Assembly: GCA_964016885.1 (NCBI GenBank)
Contig: OZ024743.1
Coordinates: 344,844,001-344,908,000 of the forward strand
Length of the DNA stretch: 64,000 nt
Source of the DNA: Eledone cirrhosa
Lineage: Eukaryota
Direction: 5' to 3'
Shown: positions 44,401 through 59,346 of the stretch, one piece after another
Layout: every line of letters starts with the position of its first letter
Position numbering within the stretch: position 1 is the stretch's first letter
Notes under the pieces: generated by a model
Databases searched by the model: none
Told to the model about the DNA's origin: nothing
What the model saw: the letters and a program-made list of their open reading frames with translations, nothing else
Position numbers and translations under genes: made by a program

Positions 44401-44700
44401 ATGGCACTGCCATGCATTATTGATTTGTGGAGTTCTGTCGAACAGCTTTTATCGTTTGTATGGCAGATCCGGCTATCGACCGAGTAGATCGTGAAGATCG
44501 CCCTTCGTTTGGCCGGGAAAGGCAGGCAGTTATGTTCTGCTTGGTTGCTGTAGTGAAACAGTTTGCATGGTGGACGCGGCTGAAATGACTGAAAACAGAC
44601 ACCTTTTTCTTTGACTAATCTGCCATCAACTTTTTCAAGTTTCACTTGGAAAGGAGGGTGAGGGTGGAGAGGGAAGTGCTGCCCTCAAAGTAGTCAGCCA
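40030..44700 (+). mobile_element. Heavily decayed Tx1/L1-like LINE
   Basis: APE start ~41643 (MDILRVGCIN; AISET; VVVYAP); RT remnants (NFRPIWLL ~43143, IRQG*PLS ~43527); collinear with 25896-30330; GA/GATA tract at 41270-41430. Confidence 0.8.
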
Positions 44701-46331
44701 TACTGATCATGAATTCATGATTTGTATACTCGACATAGATAGACTTCATAAATAGGAACTCGGTTACCATAAGCCGAATGATTCGTCATTGGCACGCAAA
44801 ATGTACAGAGACCGTATTCGTGAATTAGTCAGAAGCAATTAGAATAGAATCGATAAGATTTAGTTAAGGAGTAACAATAAAGAAAACCAGACAACAAGAA
44901 GAGTGAGAAAGTCAGAAGAGGTCTTTATTAAATGCATTGCAACCAAACGTGCTTGCGACGATCTCCACCAATTCTTTAATGGTAAGTACGAAGGCCGCGT
45001 TGTCAGAGCTAGAACGCGTGCACATGGACACGAGAGGGTGGGCCCGAGTTGATGAGGCGTGGCGTGGCAACCAAGCCACAAACTGATGTTGGGCGGACGA
45101 TAAAGGGCACATCTTACTCAATCCCAAACAGATGTATGTGGTTTTTCAGCGAAAACTTTCCCAGCTATTCAGGAGCAATGGTGGGACTGTTCGATGACGG
45201 ACGGGCAGTGTTGTGAAAAATCAATAACAGCCGCTGAAATACGGGAAGCGACGACATGACGAGCAAATCTCTTGGTTCGGATGGTCTGTTTACAAGCTTT
45301 ACTCTTACGTGCCAGCCGCAACTTATAGGAGAATTGAAGAATTCCAAAGAGTTCAATATTTTAGCCATGGTGTTAGAGATGTAATGATCTAATGCTCAGT
45401 GGTCAACAAATTCGCATAGTTTACACCTAATGCTTAAATCTATTATTACACTTCAAGTGCTATTGGGTTTCAAACATACTTTCTTTACTATTTGGTCAAG
45501 GATGGAAGAGCATTGTCAATGACACTTTCTGGGGCTCCGAAACTGGTGGGAAGTTGAATGGAAAATATCATCGAACCAGAGCGCTGATTCAAATGCTTGC
45601 AACATAGTGAGCTTTGTTTAAGATACCCAAGAGGTTGTATAACGAGATATGGATTAACTAAGTCAGAGAAAGATTTAAATTCAGAGAATGTAAAGAGCCG
45701 GAATAAACACTGCGAGGCATCTTGATCTAAAAAATCCAGCTATCCACCGCCTTAGACTGGCAATGAATGCGATATGGAAGAGGTTCATATCATTAAAATA
45801 GTCAAGAATCATCTTAAGGGATATAACCCCGCATGAGACCAACTAAACCTACATAGGTGTGAACTTTAAATTTCATTTTATTCCAATACATTGCATATGT
45901 TATTTGATATGCTAGCTTGCAGCTCACATATTCGAACGAATTAAACTCTAGTTCTGGTAGAATCATTCCACTAAGCATATGAAGCAAAAACCTCGTTTAT
46001 TTCACTACCATATTTTCCAGCTCACCATTTATTCTTTCATTCTACAAAGATGTATTGTGAGTAAGCATACATAGATTGTACTCACACAAATACACAGCTT
46101 TGATTATCTAAAGTAATCTGATAAAGAACCGAATATTCAATGAAAAAAAAACGACATAAAAAAACAAACAGTTGCAAAAACATACGGGAACAATTGCTGT
46201 TAATATTCGTTCTACCGAATCTGGTGCAACTCTGGTATTTCCAATAATTTGATAGGTTATGTGTGTATGTAAACCTATATATGAATAGTGGTATGTTTAT
46301 ATGTATATATTTGTATATATATATATACATG

Positions 46332-46367
<36 letters not shown>

Positions 46368-46387
46368 AACATACATACATACATACA

Positions 46388-46421
<34 letters not shown>

Positions 46422-46634
46422 AATATATAAATATATAAATATATAAATATATATATATATATGTGTGTATATATACATACATATATATATATGGACATAA
46501 ACAAATATAACAAATATATGTGCGAGTGGATGTGGGTACATATGGATGAGTGTGTTTGCATCTATTTATCTTCCATTACACTGGTTCCCTATATGGATAT
46601 ATGTATGTATTCATTTACACACACACATACACAC

Positions 46635-46718
<84 letters not shown>

Positions 46719-46808
46719 ACAAGTATTCGAGGATAACAAGAATATATGCATATATCCAATCACATATATTTGTGTGTATTTATACAAATATGTATGTATA
46801 TATGTATG

Positions 46809-46905
<97 letters not shown>

Positions 46906-47284
46906 CGTGCGTATGTTTGTGTGCATGTGTGCGAGTATGTATTATGGCCATTATTGTCAGAAAAAATTGACTGTGGCGCTCTGGCCGTCTGAAACAGTAA
47001 TAGAACAGTAAATATTGGACGTGGAATCGCAAAATATTAACAGAGATCAAGTGAAACACATGACAAGAGAACTTTTGAAAATAACGAGGAGGAGGAGGAG
47101 GAAAGAAGGTGCTGTAAGGGGGGTAGGAGAGAGATTTGATGGGTTTTCTCTTTGCTTTCCCTTTATACTTTTGCTTTTTTTTACTTCCCCTTTTTTTTCT
47201 CGCCATTACTGTTACTTTTTTCTTATTACTTTTTATGTTTGTTTTTATTTCTTCTTTACTATGTTTTCAGTTACAGTTATTTTT

Positions 47285-47317
47285 GCCTATTCTATTATTA
47301 TTGTTGTTATTATCGTT

Positions 47318-47358
<41 letters not shown>

Positions 47359-47693
47359 TATCCTTATTACTATTATTATTATTATTGTTGTTTTTTATTT
47401 TGCTTTCGGATTTCGGAGACATCGAGGAATATTTGCCAAAATTAAGGTACTAACGGCTCTTTTTCGATGGAATAATGGAATAAGACAGTTTCTATGAAGG
47501 ACTTGAAATAGTTTCATAGCACTGCCATTATAGATCAACAAAAGATTGTTGGCCAGGAAATGGACGAGTTAAAAATTATGTGTCTTTCCAAACAGTCTGG
47601 CTATTTTTTTGTTATATTTCCATTGTTATTATTGTTTTTGTTGTTGTTGTTGTTGTTGTTGTTGTTCTTCTTCTTCTTCTTCTTCTTCTTCTT

Positions 47694-47765
<72 letters not shown>

Positions 47766-47790
47766 CTTATTATTATTATTATTGTGGTTG
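47285..47790. repeat. Compound trinucleotide microsatellites (ATC, TTG, TTC, TTA)
   Basis: Directly visible. Confidence 0.95.
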
Positions 47791-47929
47791 TTTATAGTTT
47801 ATTCTCCTTTCTTTCATATTTAACGGAGTCTATTGATTTGGTTAAATGTGAAGGCTGATGAGATGAGAGTTGATGTTGGCTAGCTGACGAAGACTGGACG
47901 ACTTAAAGATAATATAAAGGGGCGTATAT

Positions 47930-50830
47930 AATATAATAAAATAATTCTTTCATTTATTGGCCACAAGGGCCGATATACAGGGAACAATAAAAGACATGGA
48001 CAGTGTGTGTGTGGGGGTACAATAAAATCTAGTACAAATACACAATAACAAAACGAATTAACAATAAAATATAACAAAATAAATGCCCTAATACGGTTTG
48101 AGGGCACCCAGGAAGGTTACCATTCTCCTTTTCAAGTTAAACAACATACAGGCACATGTCCATAGTAGGCCTATTCACCCGGCCATTCTCGCCACATTCA
48201 ACCACCTTTTAACAAATATCTCCGATAGTTTCCCCAGGTAGCACTTGCAAGCAAGGGATTTCTGGAAGACATTCATAGTCGATGGCTCCAAAGTCCCCCA
48301 GTACAAACTGGTCAGCTAGACTTTGTCAACGTCCAGAGCCTCTCCGAGTGAATCGTCGCACTTGCCCACCTCTAATCCTCTGTAGAACTGGAGAGTGGAA
48401 GTTCCATTGACCGCATTGCCCACCTGGTAGAGAGCAGTGAGTACATGGCAACAAAGAGACGAGATGCAGAAAGGCCTGTCTCACAAACGGCGACCGCACC
48501 TATTCACAATTTAGGCAGAATGTCGCAACCACAGTGCATGTTAGCCATAACATGCCCAGCCCTCCGCGTAGAAGGTGCTGGGAGCAGTGGACCGCCTCAC
48601 TAACGGAACCTGTTTCGGAAGGAGTGGAAGAGGAGCCATTCCAATTTGGCGAGGCGGGAACAGAGGCAAGGCGCGACTGTCAGGCAGTAGTGGATGATGG
48701 ACGCGATGTACACGTTCGCCACCTCCACCCAACTTTTTGGGACAGCTTCCTCTCGATGGAGTGTGACTACCCTGTTCGTAACCTGATCCCAATTCTTATC
48801 CATCTGGAGTTCTGGTCCGAACCTAGCAACTTTACTGGTCCGTCCGTCCAGCGCCCAACGAGGCTGTTGGACGACATGGAGTTGCCTCTCCGGTGCCGAG
48901 ATGCAAGCCCACTGACTTTTCTTGTTTAGCTTTGCTCCTGTCAAACTTTCATATTCATCCAGTAAGGTGCCTACCACTTCGATTTCCGAGGTGTCCAACA
49001 CCTTCACGATGATGTAGTCCGCATATGCCGACAGAGCCTTTCCACGTCCCGGTTCGAACAAGATGCCCTGCAACAGCTCCAGCTGCCGCAGTAAAGGCTT
49101 GAGAGTCAATACGTACAGAAGGGAGGAGAGAGGGCATCCATAACGGACCGATCCGGAGATCTAAAACGGTTCCGAAAGATGGCCATTAACTTTGACCACC
49201 AAGCTTATGCCGCTGTGCATAGCCACAATCCCGCCACTGAAGACGGAACCGAAGCCAACTGCCTTGAGGACAGCCTTCAGGTATCGATAGTCGACCCTAT
49301 CGAAAGCTTTCGATTTATCAAAATTGATCAGATTTATAACCTACTCTCTCTATGTTGTATCGCATGAGGTTGGGATGTCACGTATGGATTTGGTTAGGAT
49401 TGAGCAAGTTTTCGCACCCCCTACCAAATCCTCGATGACACGTGCCAACCTCTTCCCTCACACCTTCAACAAAATCTGAAACTCTGTGTTTAGCAGAATT
49501 ATGGGCCTGATGTTATCTAATGTATCCCTCTTGTTCTCGTCTTTCATTATCAGCGCCACTGCACCCCTGCTCGCAGGACTGGGAATACTCCCGTTCTGCT
49601 ACCAATTACAGTAGAGGGCTTCGAGGAGAACGAAGAACAAATCTGGCCTGTCTACGTAAAGCCCGTAGGGAAGAGCATCCAAACCCGGATGACAAGTCAT
49701 CCTGAACCTCGGCTGTATTTATAGGCCTTCCACAAAGCTCAGCATCGGCTGGCGAGGGACTTTAGGCCGTCGAGGTAGGGACAGAAATCCGCCACCGTCT
49801 CTTCCCCCTTCTCCCCATGAACAGCCTCGCATATTGGCCTGGAATCATTAAGCTCGCGTTCATCTTGGTTCGTTAAAGACCAATTTAGGGTTTTGTTATC
49901 ACGTTGCGCCTCTTCCACGCGGGCCCATCGAATAGCTTTGGTCCCCCCTCCCCATTTCTTAGAGCACGCGCCTTAGCTCTGACAATGCAAACCTCGTGTT
50001 TTGCATTGAAGAAATGGTCTAATGCCATTCTCGCCGCTAGCACGTCAGTTCCACTGCCTTTACAAACAGCCTAGTCTAATTTAACTACCACCTCCCCCTC
50101 CTTTATATTTTTCTCTAATGCTACTTCTTTGCTAACACCTATGGGGATTAATCTAAATCTCTCTTTTGACCCCCACCATATGTTGTTGACGACCACCCTT
50201 GTCAACTTTTGTTTAACTAAATTGTTGACCCGGTCCCTGTAAGCTGTATGTCCTGGAAATGGCATGTTCATCTGTCAGTAACCAGATCCTAGCCTGCGTG
50301 TCTTATCTAAGTCGACCATACACATCACAAACTTGTGATCTGAATAGGCTAGGTCTTGAAAGTGTGGACAACCTATGCTATCGTTATCTATTGACTTAAT
50401 AAAAAAAAACCTATCTATATATGATCCTGATGACCCTATGCGGTTGGTTCAGGTTCACACTGGCTTATTAGGGAAATCTCATCGGCATCTATCAGACAGT
50501 TGATACTGGCTGATCAGGTACTTGGGGTTTTTGAATTTGCACCCTCCGCTCCTATCAGCTACTCCCACACAATCCCAAGATCCCGTTCCAGTTCCCCGCT
50601 AGCTCTAAGGGGTAAGACGTTACCAGAAAGGCTTTCAGGCGCCTGAAGAAGGCCGGCTCTCCTGCCTCGGTCAGGACGTAGAGGGCCACCTGTCTAAAGA
50701 CACTACTTTCGCTATTGTTCACGTCCAGGACCACCAACTTACCGTGTGGGTCCCGGAAGATCGACCTTACCTCGAAATCTAGGCCTTCCCAAAACAGCAC
50801 TGCCACCGCACCTCCGATTCCCGGTCGACC
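47930..50830 (-). mobile_element. Decayed 5'-truncated Tx1/L1-like LINE ORF2
   Basis: DPHGKLVVLDV, LAGNWNG, VRYGCPLS, SAYADYI; collinear with 26040-28675. Confidence 0.85.
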
Positions 50831-50944
50831 ACGTATATTTTGAGTTATATGTGTACATGTGCATATGTTTTGCATCTATACATGCGTATATGTAATTATT
50901 AGACGCAGAAGTTTTGGAATGTTTTACATATTTTTACATTTCCA

Positions 50945-51297
50945 TTAATGGATTGTATTTTGTAACTTCCTAACTAGTCGAGTTCCTTCCGGTTCTCTGA
51001 AGCCCAACTTCTCAAAATTTATACTGACGCATTTACTAACATATCCCAGAGCACCAATGATCACAGCTATAAATCTGAAGGCATAGTCGCGTTGGATGAT
51101 CTGCAGATTTCTCATTAGTTTTGCATAGATGTTCTCCTTTTCGCTAATCTTTAATATTATATTGGCATCTGCAGAGCAGGTGACTTTCACTTGTATACAT
51201 GCCTTCATTTCCCTGTCCCATATCATTATATCCGGTCTGTTATGTGTGCATTTTTGGGGGGCTTTGACTGGAACATTCCACCAGTAGATCTTCATAT
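50945..51297 (-). mobile_element. R4/Dong-like RLE 3' fragment (distinct subfamily)
   Basis: YWWN...HNRPDIMIWD...KENIY..L.RNLQ...IIGALGY. Confidence 0.8.
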
Positions 51298-51311
51298 TAC
51301 TTATATATATA

Positions 51312-51928
51312 TATGTGAAAAAATGGGGAGAAGAATACTGCAGGTTGCACATGGATAACATGTTATAAAATGAGTCCCTCATCAGTGATTTGCCGACGAT
51401 CATAGATATTTCATTGCATTAAAAATCATATACCTCACGTCGGTGCAATAATAACTAAATTAAGTTATTAGGACAATTAAAACGCGTAAAGCGAGTGAGA
51501 CAAGTAAACAACAAAGAGGAAAGCTAACCGTAGAGAGGAAGGGAACAAGCTACATAGTTATTCTGTTAGCATAAGCTAGGTGAATATATGAGCGCTTAGA
51601 AAAAAGACCTTTCGAGATGAATCCAAATGTAAGAAAGAAGGAAATGTATTCGTCGCGAACGGGGTGAAGTGAGAAGGGGAGAAACAGTGAGTGAGTGAGT
51701 GGAAGTGTGAGGAAGAGTTAACTGACATGACAGAGGGGGAGAAAGAAAGTAGGAGAAACAGAGAGAACGAGGGAGCAGTAAGAGAGAGAGAGAGAAAAAC
51801 AGAATCGCAGTTTAGGTAAATATATGTGAAAAAATGGGGAGAAGAATACTGCAGGTTGCACATGGATAACATGTTATAAAATGAGTTCCTCATCAGTGAT
51901 TTGCCGACGATCATAGATATTTCATTGC
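51312..51928 (-). repeat. Segment bounded by ~107-bp direct repeats (51312-51418, 51821-51928) of the structured family also at 21591-21790
   Basis: Near-identical direct repeats containing minus-strand CTGATGA. Confidence 0.7.
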
Positions 51929-52223
51929 AATAGTGATTTAATCCTGGTATGTATATAACCATTTCTAACATTAATTTTTACCTAATTATGTATGGTTGAC
52001 CGTATATTTACTTAATTTCCACGTGCTGTTGAAATGTTGGGTAAATATTCTATAGCGGTTGCACGCGAAGACGCCACGATGGTATATTTATTTACTGTTT
52101 CTTCATAGACGCATTTTATTCTTATAGCCTGGTCTAATTGATTTTTTGTGTGGTTAATTATGGTGATTGGGAGTAGAGATGATGTATATATATTATCAAA
52201 TAATTCTCTGGACATGCTTTACT

Positions 52224-52335
<112 letters not shown>

Positions 52336-53539
52336 ATTTATATATATGTATAATTTTATATATATATATATATGTCTTCCACATTGCTGTAACTTTTAAT
52401 ATGCTTATTGTCTTTTTTACAGATTGCATTGTATAGTGTTTTGATCACTACATCATTCCTCATAGATAGATAGTACCGTTATATCTTTGGACAGCTGCTT
52501 TATGAAATGGGTGACATTTCCAATGTAAATTCCTGCAAAGTCTGCATTTATCGTCACCTCTAGGTGTATTGCCTGCATGTCTATCTCATTTTTGAATGAG
52601 GTAGTTAGTATAGGTTTCCTGGTCTTGGATTGTAAAACTATATCCTTCAAAGTGAGAGCCAAATATAGCGGTTGTTGATCCAAGATAAACTACTTTATTT
52701 ATCTACATTACTCTCAATTTGGAGCCTCCTGGCAACATAGCCATCTATGTTCTTTTTGCTGTAAAGCATGCAGTTTTTCATTCATGGATTCAATGTGGTT
52801 TTGCAGAGTAATTTCCCTGAGTGTGAGCTCTGATTATCATTCAGGGAGTGATTCGGCTTGCTCATGAAACTAATAAGCAAGTGGTTGAACATTCCTCAAA
52901 TACGTGTACCGATAATTGCTGGCCTTGTGCCAAAAGTAGAAACAATTATTTTGACAATATATCTATTACATGATATTCGTGTTTATTTATATCCATGTAA
53001 CTAATACATATATATACATATATATAAATAATTCGATTAAAATTCCTTTATATAGTTTTTCTCTAAAAAAAATTTTTATATTGATTAAAATAAAAGATAT
53101 TTTGAGAAATCTTCAAAATAAAAATGCTTTATTATTTAAGGCATAACGAAAAGGGTTAGAGTATTTGGCTCCAAAGAATCACTCTTGAATGCACACGTGT
53201 TCATGTTTCTTGTAAAAGCTAAGTCTTCCCACCGTTTCCTTCTCTTGAAAATAGTGTCTTAATCCCGTATTAATGTTCGCATTGTACATGTTTTCTCAAA
53301 ACAATCCTAACCAGTATTAGGTGAAAGCAGCGAGATCGGTGAGATTGAAGGGGACTTCCCTGATGATACATTTCTACGAAAAAAAGAGACTGTTTGAGAG
53401 TATTTTCAATGTCCTTGATGCGGCAGAGTAATCGAGGGATTCTGTCTGGTATTTTCCTGGGGCTACACTGGTGCCTCGTACACTTCTCTGTTGACTTTTA
53501 TTGTTATTTGTAATGTGATCCAAAAAAGAGGGTTGGGCT

Positions 53540-54720
53540 AATGTTGTTTAACCAGGCTTGGAAACTATTCGAGATAGTACCTACTGCTCCTATGGCGATG
53601 GGGACGATATTCATCTTATGACAGTTTCAAATCCTTTTCAATTCCCACTTTAAATCTTAGTACCGGTTAGGGGCAAATTACATCTATGATCAAGCAAATT
53701 TTTTTCCTCGTCAAAAAGCACCAGGTCAGGCCCATTGTGTTCTAATCATTTTGTTTGTTTGTATCTAAAAGCCCACAGTACCGATCGATTTCTATCACCG
53801 AATCTGGCTTATGCTCATATCCTTTCTCAGAATGTGATAAATTATTTAGTTTGTATAAATGCCGGTGGATCACATTTCCTATGATAACATGTCTCCATCC
53901 TTTATAATTGTTTCTACTTTTGGCACAAGGCAGCAATTATCCCAATGTATTACTGCTGCTTTATTTTATCGACCCCGTAAGGATGAAAGGCAAAGTTAAC
54001 CTGGGCGGGATTTGAACTCACACCATAAAAGGTCGTAACTATTTGCTGCAAAGCATGGTGTCAGACTCTCTACCGATACTGCCAATCCACCGCCCTTCCA
54101 TCCTTTATAATGAGTCTGGGTTAGGTGTTTACACTCGGATACGATGTCAGCCACAGTCTCTCATCTCTCTTCCCACAGATCCTACAGAGTGGGCTAGCTT
54201 CCTCCTTCTCAATGTAATATCTCATCCACTTCACTGTAAGTGTTTGTTCCTGTGCAGCCAGTAGCATTACCTCTGTAGCTTTTTAATGGTCCGCTTTCTT
54301 TAGCCAGCCAGATATCTGCGGATTTCTGAAGTCTGTTTTCTTCAAATAGATGCTATGAAGGGGCTTTTCATTCATGTTGTTCTTCCTCTTTGGTGTTACT
54401 TCTATCTCGGACACCCACTGATCTATTGTCTCCTCATTCAATACAGCCTTAAACATTGGCTCGTTACTCTCAGACACATATTTATGTAAACAGCTTTTCA
54501 TCTGAACACAGTCCTTCACGCTGATAATGCCTCTTCCAAATTCAGGTCTCTTTAAGTACAATCGATCAACATTAACCCTTCACATAAAAAAAACATTGCA
54601 GGAAGTCATTAATTTCCTTGTCTTTCTATCCATTTCTTTTTGCTCGTTTATATTCCATTTAAGAATTCCCACACTGTACCTAATAATAGACACAGGTCGG
54701 GAATTTGCTGTACCTTTCTA
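53540..54720 (-). mobile_element. Old R4-like RLE LINE fragment interrupted by a SINE
   Basis: LYLKRPEFGRGIISVKD, YKGWRH..GNVIH, YEHKPDSVIE, HNGPDLVL, VPIAIGAVG in shifting frames. Confidence 0.7.
53909..54096 (-). mobile_element. Nin-domain SINE with 15-bp TSD
   Basis: TSD TCCATCCTTTATAAT at 53894-53908 and 54097-54111. Confidence 0.88.
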
Positions 54721-54764
54721 CTATTCAAATGTGATTTTAGTATGTTCCTTACTCCCCTTATGCA

Positions 54765-54975
54765 TTTGGCTGTATCGTTTGAGCGTCGGACATCATTCTT
54801 TATAGCATAGAGTTACGTCCCTTTACGTTCTGAGTTCAAATCCCGCCGAGGTTAGTTTACCTTCCATCAATACAGGGTCGATAAAATAAAGTACCACTCA
54901 GTCACTGGGGTCGATTTGATTGACTTTCACTTACCCCAAATTTACTGGCTTTGTGCTTAAAATAGAAACAATTAT
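54765..54975 (+). mobile_element. Nin-domain SINE
   Basis: B box GTTCAAATCC, GCCGAGGTTAG...GGGTCGATAAAATAAAGTACC; (ATC)n tail. Confidence 0.8.
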
Positions 54976-55096
54976 CATCATCATCATCATCATCATCAGT
55001 ATCATTTTATGACCTAAAAGCACACTCGATCTTTTGTTCTGACTGCCCCGGACGGCACCGGCTTTAAACATATATATATATATATATATATATATA

Positions 55097-55395
55097 CTAG
55101 GAGAGGTACCCGGCGTTGCTCGGGTATTAAATAGCAGTTATGTATACCATTTATGTCAATACATCAGTGCTGCTCCGAAAACTATTCTTTTACAAAATCA
55201 TCGGCTTTTTCCAAAAGAGGGTTCCTGCCCCCAGGGGTCCCCTTCTCAATATGTGCCAATTCTGAGAGTTCACATTCATCTGTAGAACAGACGTAGCCCA
55301 TGTGTCAAGTTTTGTGAAAATCGGTTGCGAACTCCAGAAGTTATGACGTTTTGTTGCATTGCACTGCAGTACTTCAGTCGACTCCAAGGCAGTGG
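55097..55395 (-). mobile_element. Helitron-like non-autonomous element, 3' end (5' extent uncertain)
   Basis: Minus strand hairpin TACCCG-AGCAACGC-CGGGTA followed closely by terminal CTAG then T, within a TA tract. Confidence 0.55.
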
Positions 55396-55684
55396 TTATA
55401 TATATATATATATATAGGCACACACGCACATATATATATATCGCATAAATTCATACATATACTGGTGTCTGTGTGTAAATGAGATTGTCTTGGTGTGTCC
55501 GTTTGTTGTCTGCTGTGCGTTTGTGTGAATATGCGTGTGTATCTGTGTGTGAGTGTCTATGTGTGCGTTTGTGTGCGTGTCTGTTTGCGTGGGTGCTTTT
55601 GTATGTGTACATTTCAAATTTCCATGCACTTTATCATCAGACGGTCATGAAATATAAGGAAGAGAGAGAATGTGAGTAAGAGTA

Positions 55685-55761
<77 letters not shown>

Positions 55762-56334
55762 CTGTGTGTGTGGCTGTGTGTGTGAGTGTGTGGGAGAGTG
55801 AGAGTGAGAGCGTCAGAGAGAAGAAAAGAGCGAAACTTTGACATATTCTTATCAATATGACAATTTAATCTTTTCACTTCGTTATCGGACAAAATCAATC
55901 AATAGGTAAAGCCAACACCGCTTTAATTGTCTGTTGTCTTGACATTTTCATGTCTTTAACCTCACAGATGAGGACTCTCTTACATAGAAGTCAAAATCAA
56001 ACGGACTAACAACAACAATTCCGCTACCTCACCTCAAGATCACCGTTGTAATTAACTTCACTTCTTCGTTATTCTTCATGTCGTCTTTTGACAGCCGCCT
56101 GTTGGCTAAAATGGTTTAGTGCTTGGCTAGATGGCTAAATCAGAACCACAGCCCCAGAGCTTCACCGACTCACTGTCTTATCGTGGCATATTTCTCTAAA
56201 TCATTGTCTTAATCCGGAGATCTTTTCTGTCTTATTTTGATCTTTTATTTATTTATATTTTCCTCTTTATCTCTTCTTTATTTTCTTCAAAAGTTATATT
56301 TGCCAAACAGAGAAATACTACATCGTTACTCGAT

Positions 56335-56569
56335 AGATTGCGTAGCTCGTAGATCAGGGAGTTGCTCCAGGTAGAGCCGCTACTTCCCCGACTTGAGAGA
56401 TTACAGCTCCAATACTACATGTGGTCAGAAGGTCTTAGGCAGGAATTGGTGGACAGGATTTATGGGAAAAATAATCCGGCGGGGGATCCAGGCGTAGGCA
56501 GCGAGCAACATGGTTGGATAACATCCATGAGCTCGACTGATCTCACCTGGGGATCCTTAGACATTCTAA

Positions 56570-56570
<1 letters not shown>
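56335..56570 (+). mobile_element. Decayed RTE-like LINE 3' fragment
   Basis: IRELLQVEPLLPRLERLQLQYY... and TWLDNIHELD*SHLGI remnants. Confidence 0.5.
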
Positions 56571-56631
<61 letters not shown>

Positions 56632-56650
56632 ACACGCACACACACACACG

Positions 56651-56773
<123 letters not shown>

Positions 56774-57348
56774 CAAAAGAAATAGATATATAGTATAACG
56801 CTCAATCAGAAAATTGAAACATCGAATTGCCTTATATTAAGGTTCTATCTGATGAAATCGTGCTGATGCTTGCGTGATGATTAAATTGCACAATCATGAA
56901 CACCACAGAAATATGTATTACAGATTGTTATGCACTTAAATTTTATTTGTATATATTCTATATCAGTCTATATCTTAAATAAATCAGGAATGTTCTGTCC
57001 CACCAAGTAGTACATGCCAAACGTCAGTCCATATAACCACAACGAATTCGTGGCAGATCAGAATGCGTACACTTTCAGACCTCATTCCACCAACATGTTC
57101 ACCTATCAATCGGAAATATGTATCAAATGATTCTCAGGTAGTGGATATGGAATTTGTTTCGTAACCCTATGATTCGGATTGAAGTCTGCGCGGTACCATG
57201 GGCAAGTGACTTTTGATATAGCATCGTTTGAACAAGTGCCCTGACAGTGAAATTTGGTTGACGGAAACTGTGCTATAGCAGAGTGCATACATTAAGAAGA
57301 ACAAAAGGAGGTTTCACATTGAAGTTTTAATTGATTAGGCTCAGTTAC

Positions 57349-57850
57349 AAACGTTTCACAGATGCATGGTCCATATACGTATTATAGACGCGACTCCAAT
57401 CACAATCTGCTCATCAGACTTGTTAATCAAGCAAAACCAGAAATTCCTTAGAGGGTATCGTAGTTCAAATGGTGTATATAAACGTGCGTACAGGCCTACA
57501 CCACACACGCGCATGCATACATACATACACACACCACACATGGGGGGCGGGGTTAAGCTTACCCGCGCACACACACGCTAGTCAACCTGTGTGTGTGTGT
57601 GTATGTGTGTATGAGTATGTGTGTGTGTTGCGCGCGCGCGCGCGTGTGTGTGCATCTGAGAATATGTCTGTGTGTGCAGTAGTAGGTCTATACTCACATC
57701 ATTTCAGCTGGGATGCCCTCAGATGAATATCTCGCTTTGCTTGAATAACAAGTCTGATGAGCAGCTTGGGGCTGGAGTAGGTCTATAACATAAGTATAAA
57801 CCTTGAGCCACTCATCTGTGAAACATTCATAAATGATCGTCATCAATAAA
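57349..57850. mobile_element. Old diverged inverted pair of hammerhead-bearing pLTR-like arms
   Basis: ~57349-57510 (-) homologous to ~57670-57825 (+); both read AACAAGT-CUGAUGA-GCAG...AUCUGU-GAAAC. Confidence 0.65.
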
Positions 57851-58817
57851 ACCCTTAAAAATCATATTTCTACCACCTGAGTGACATAGACAACACGAAC
57901 CCGTTTAGTCAGTAAAGATACGTTAATACGAAGGATTTCGAATGATATTTGATGCGCATTAATTTTCATAATAAATGATGAAATTGATAGAACGTTGGCT
58001 ACGATTGCTAGTGGTATTTGCTCTAGGACTAGAGTGGAAATAAAAGCTAAATCAACTGATTGAAAATAAATAAGGAAAACATATAATGTTTGTTAACTGT
58101 TAAATATTTTACAAAGAGAAGAGAGAGTAATGTGACTGATATTTTCTCCAATGCAACGTGTAACCAATGAGAAGTGATTTTACATATATTTATTAGTTTC
58201 AAGGTAAATAACGATTTCTTGTCCCACCATCCATACATACATTTACTAGCCACTGGTCAGCACTTACTGTCCAAAATTGATTTCAATAGATCGATAGAGG
58301 AAATTTACGAATGAAGCAGCTACCAGTCTTGTGGAACCGAATGATAAATGTTTTTGTCTGTTCTCTTGCAAAATCTCATGAAATCGTTTACAAGAGACCA
58401 GTTGAGGAATACTAAATAGGGACAAGAATTTGTTCGTAATTGTAGGGTTTCAATTTTGGCTCTTAATTCGGACACACGTAGACAGAATGGAACCATTTTA
58501 AAGACCACTATTTTTTCACCAAAACTGGTCTTTAAAACATGAAGAAACACAAAATATAGGTTATATTATAAAAGATGGGAAACAAAAATAAGAAGTGAAG
58601 TGGTTATGTTATGTATAATGGTGCTGGCATGTACATTGTGTGGTGGTTGGCGTTTAGAAAACATGGCATTGTGAGAAGTATTAGAATGGAGGGCTTCAAT
58701 GTGATGAATATTGGCAGATATGTAGATAAGTTAGATAAGGCTGTCATTATACATAAAAGATACATAAAAGATAGATACACACATATAAGTACGCTCACGC
58801 TTACACACACATACGTA

Positions 58818-58930
<113 letters not shown>

Positions 58931-58996
58931 GTGTGTGTATATATATATATATGTATATATATATGTATATATATGTATATATATATATATATATAC

Positions 58997-59029
<33 letters not shown>

Positions 59030-59048
59030 CATATATATATACACACAC

Positions 59049-59099
<51 letters not shown>

Positions 59100-59262
59100 C
59101 ACATATATATATATATACGGATTCTAGGTTTATTCTGTATATGTACACTTAATTGTACATATGTTGTTCAAATTTGGAATCGATTTCCCCTACCTACACA
59201 CACACAATCACGTATATGTAGTTATCATTCTAACTATTTAGCTATCAACTATTTCTTTCAAC

Positions 59263-59346
<84 letters not shown>

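Noticed and set aside
52450-52800. Possible decayed coding fragment (also 31700-32400 and 63570-64000)
   Set aside because: No diagnostic motifs recognisable by eye; needs a translated search
58268-58529. Possible minus-strand exon (TTTTAAAG| ... |GTAAGT)
   Set aside because: All three frames contain stops; a non-coding exon cannot be supported without RNA data
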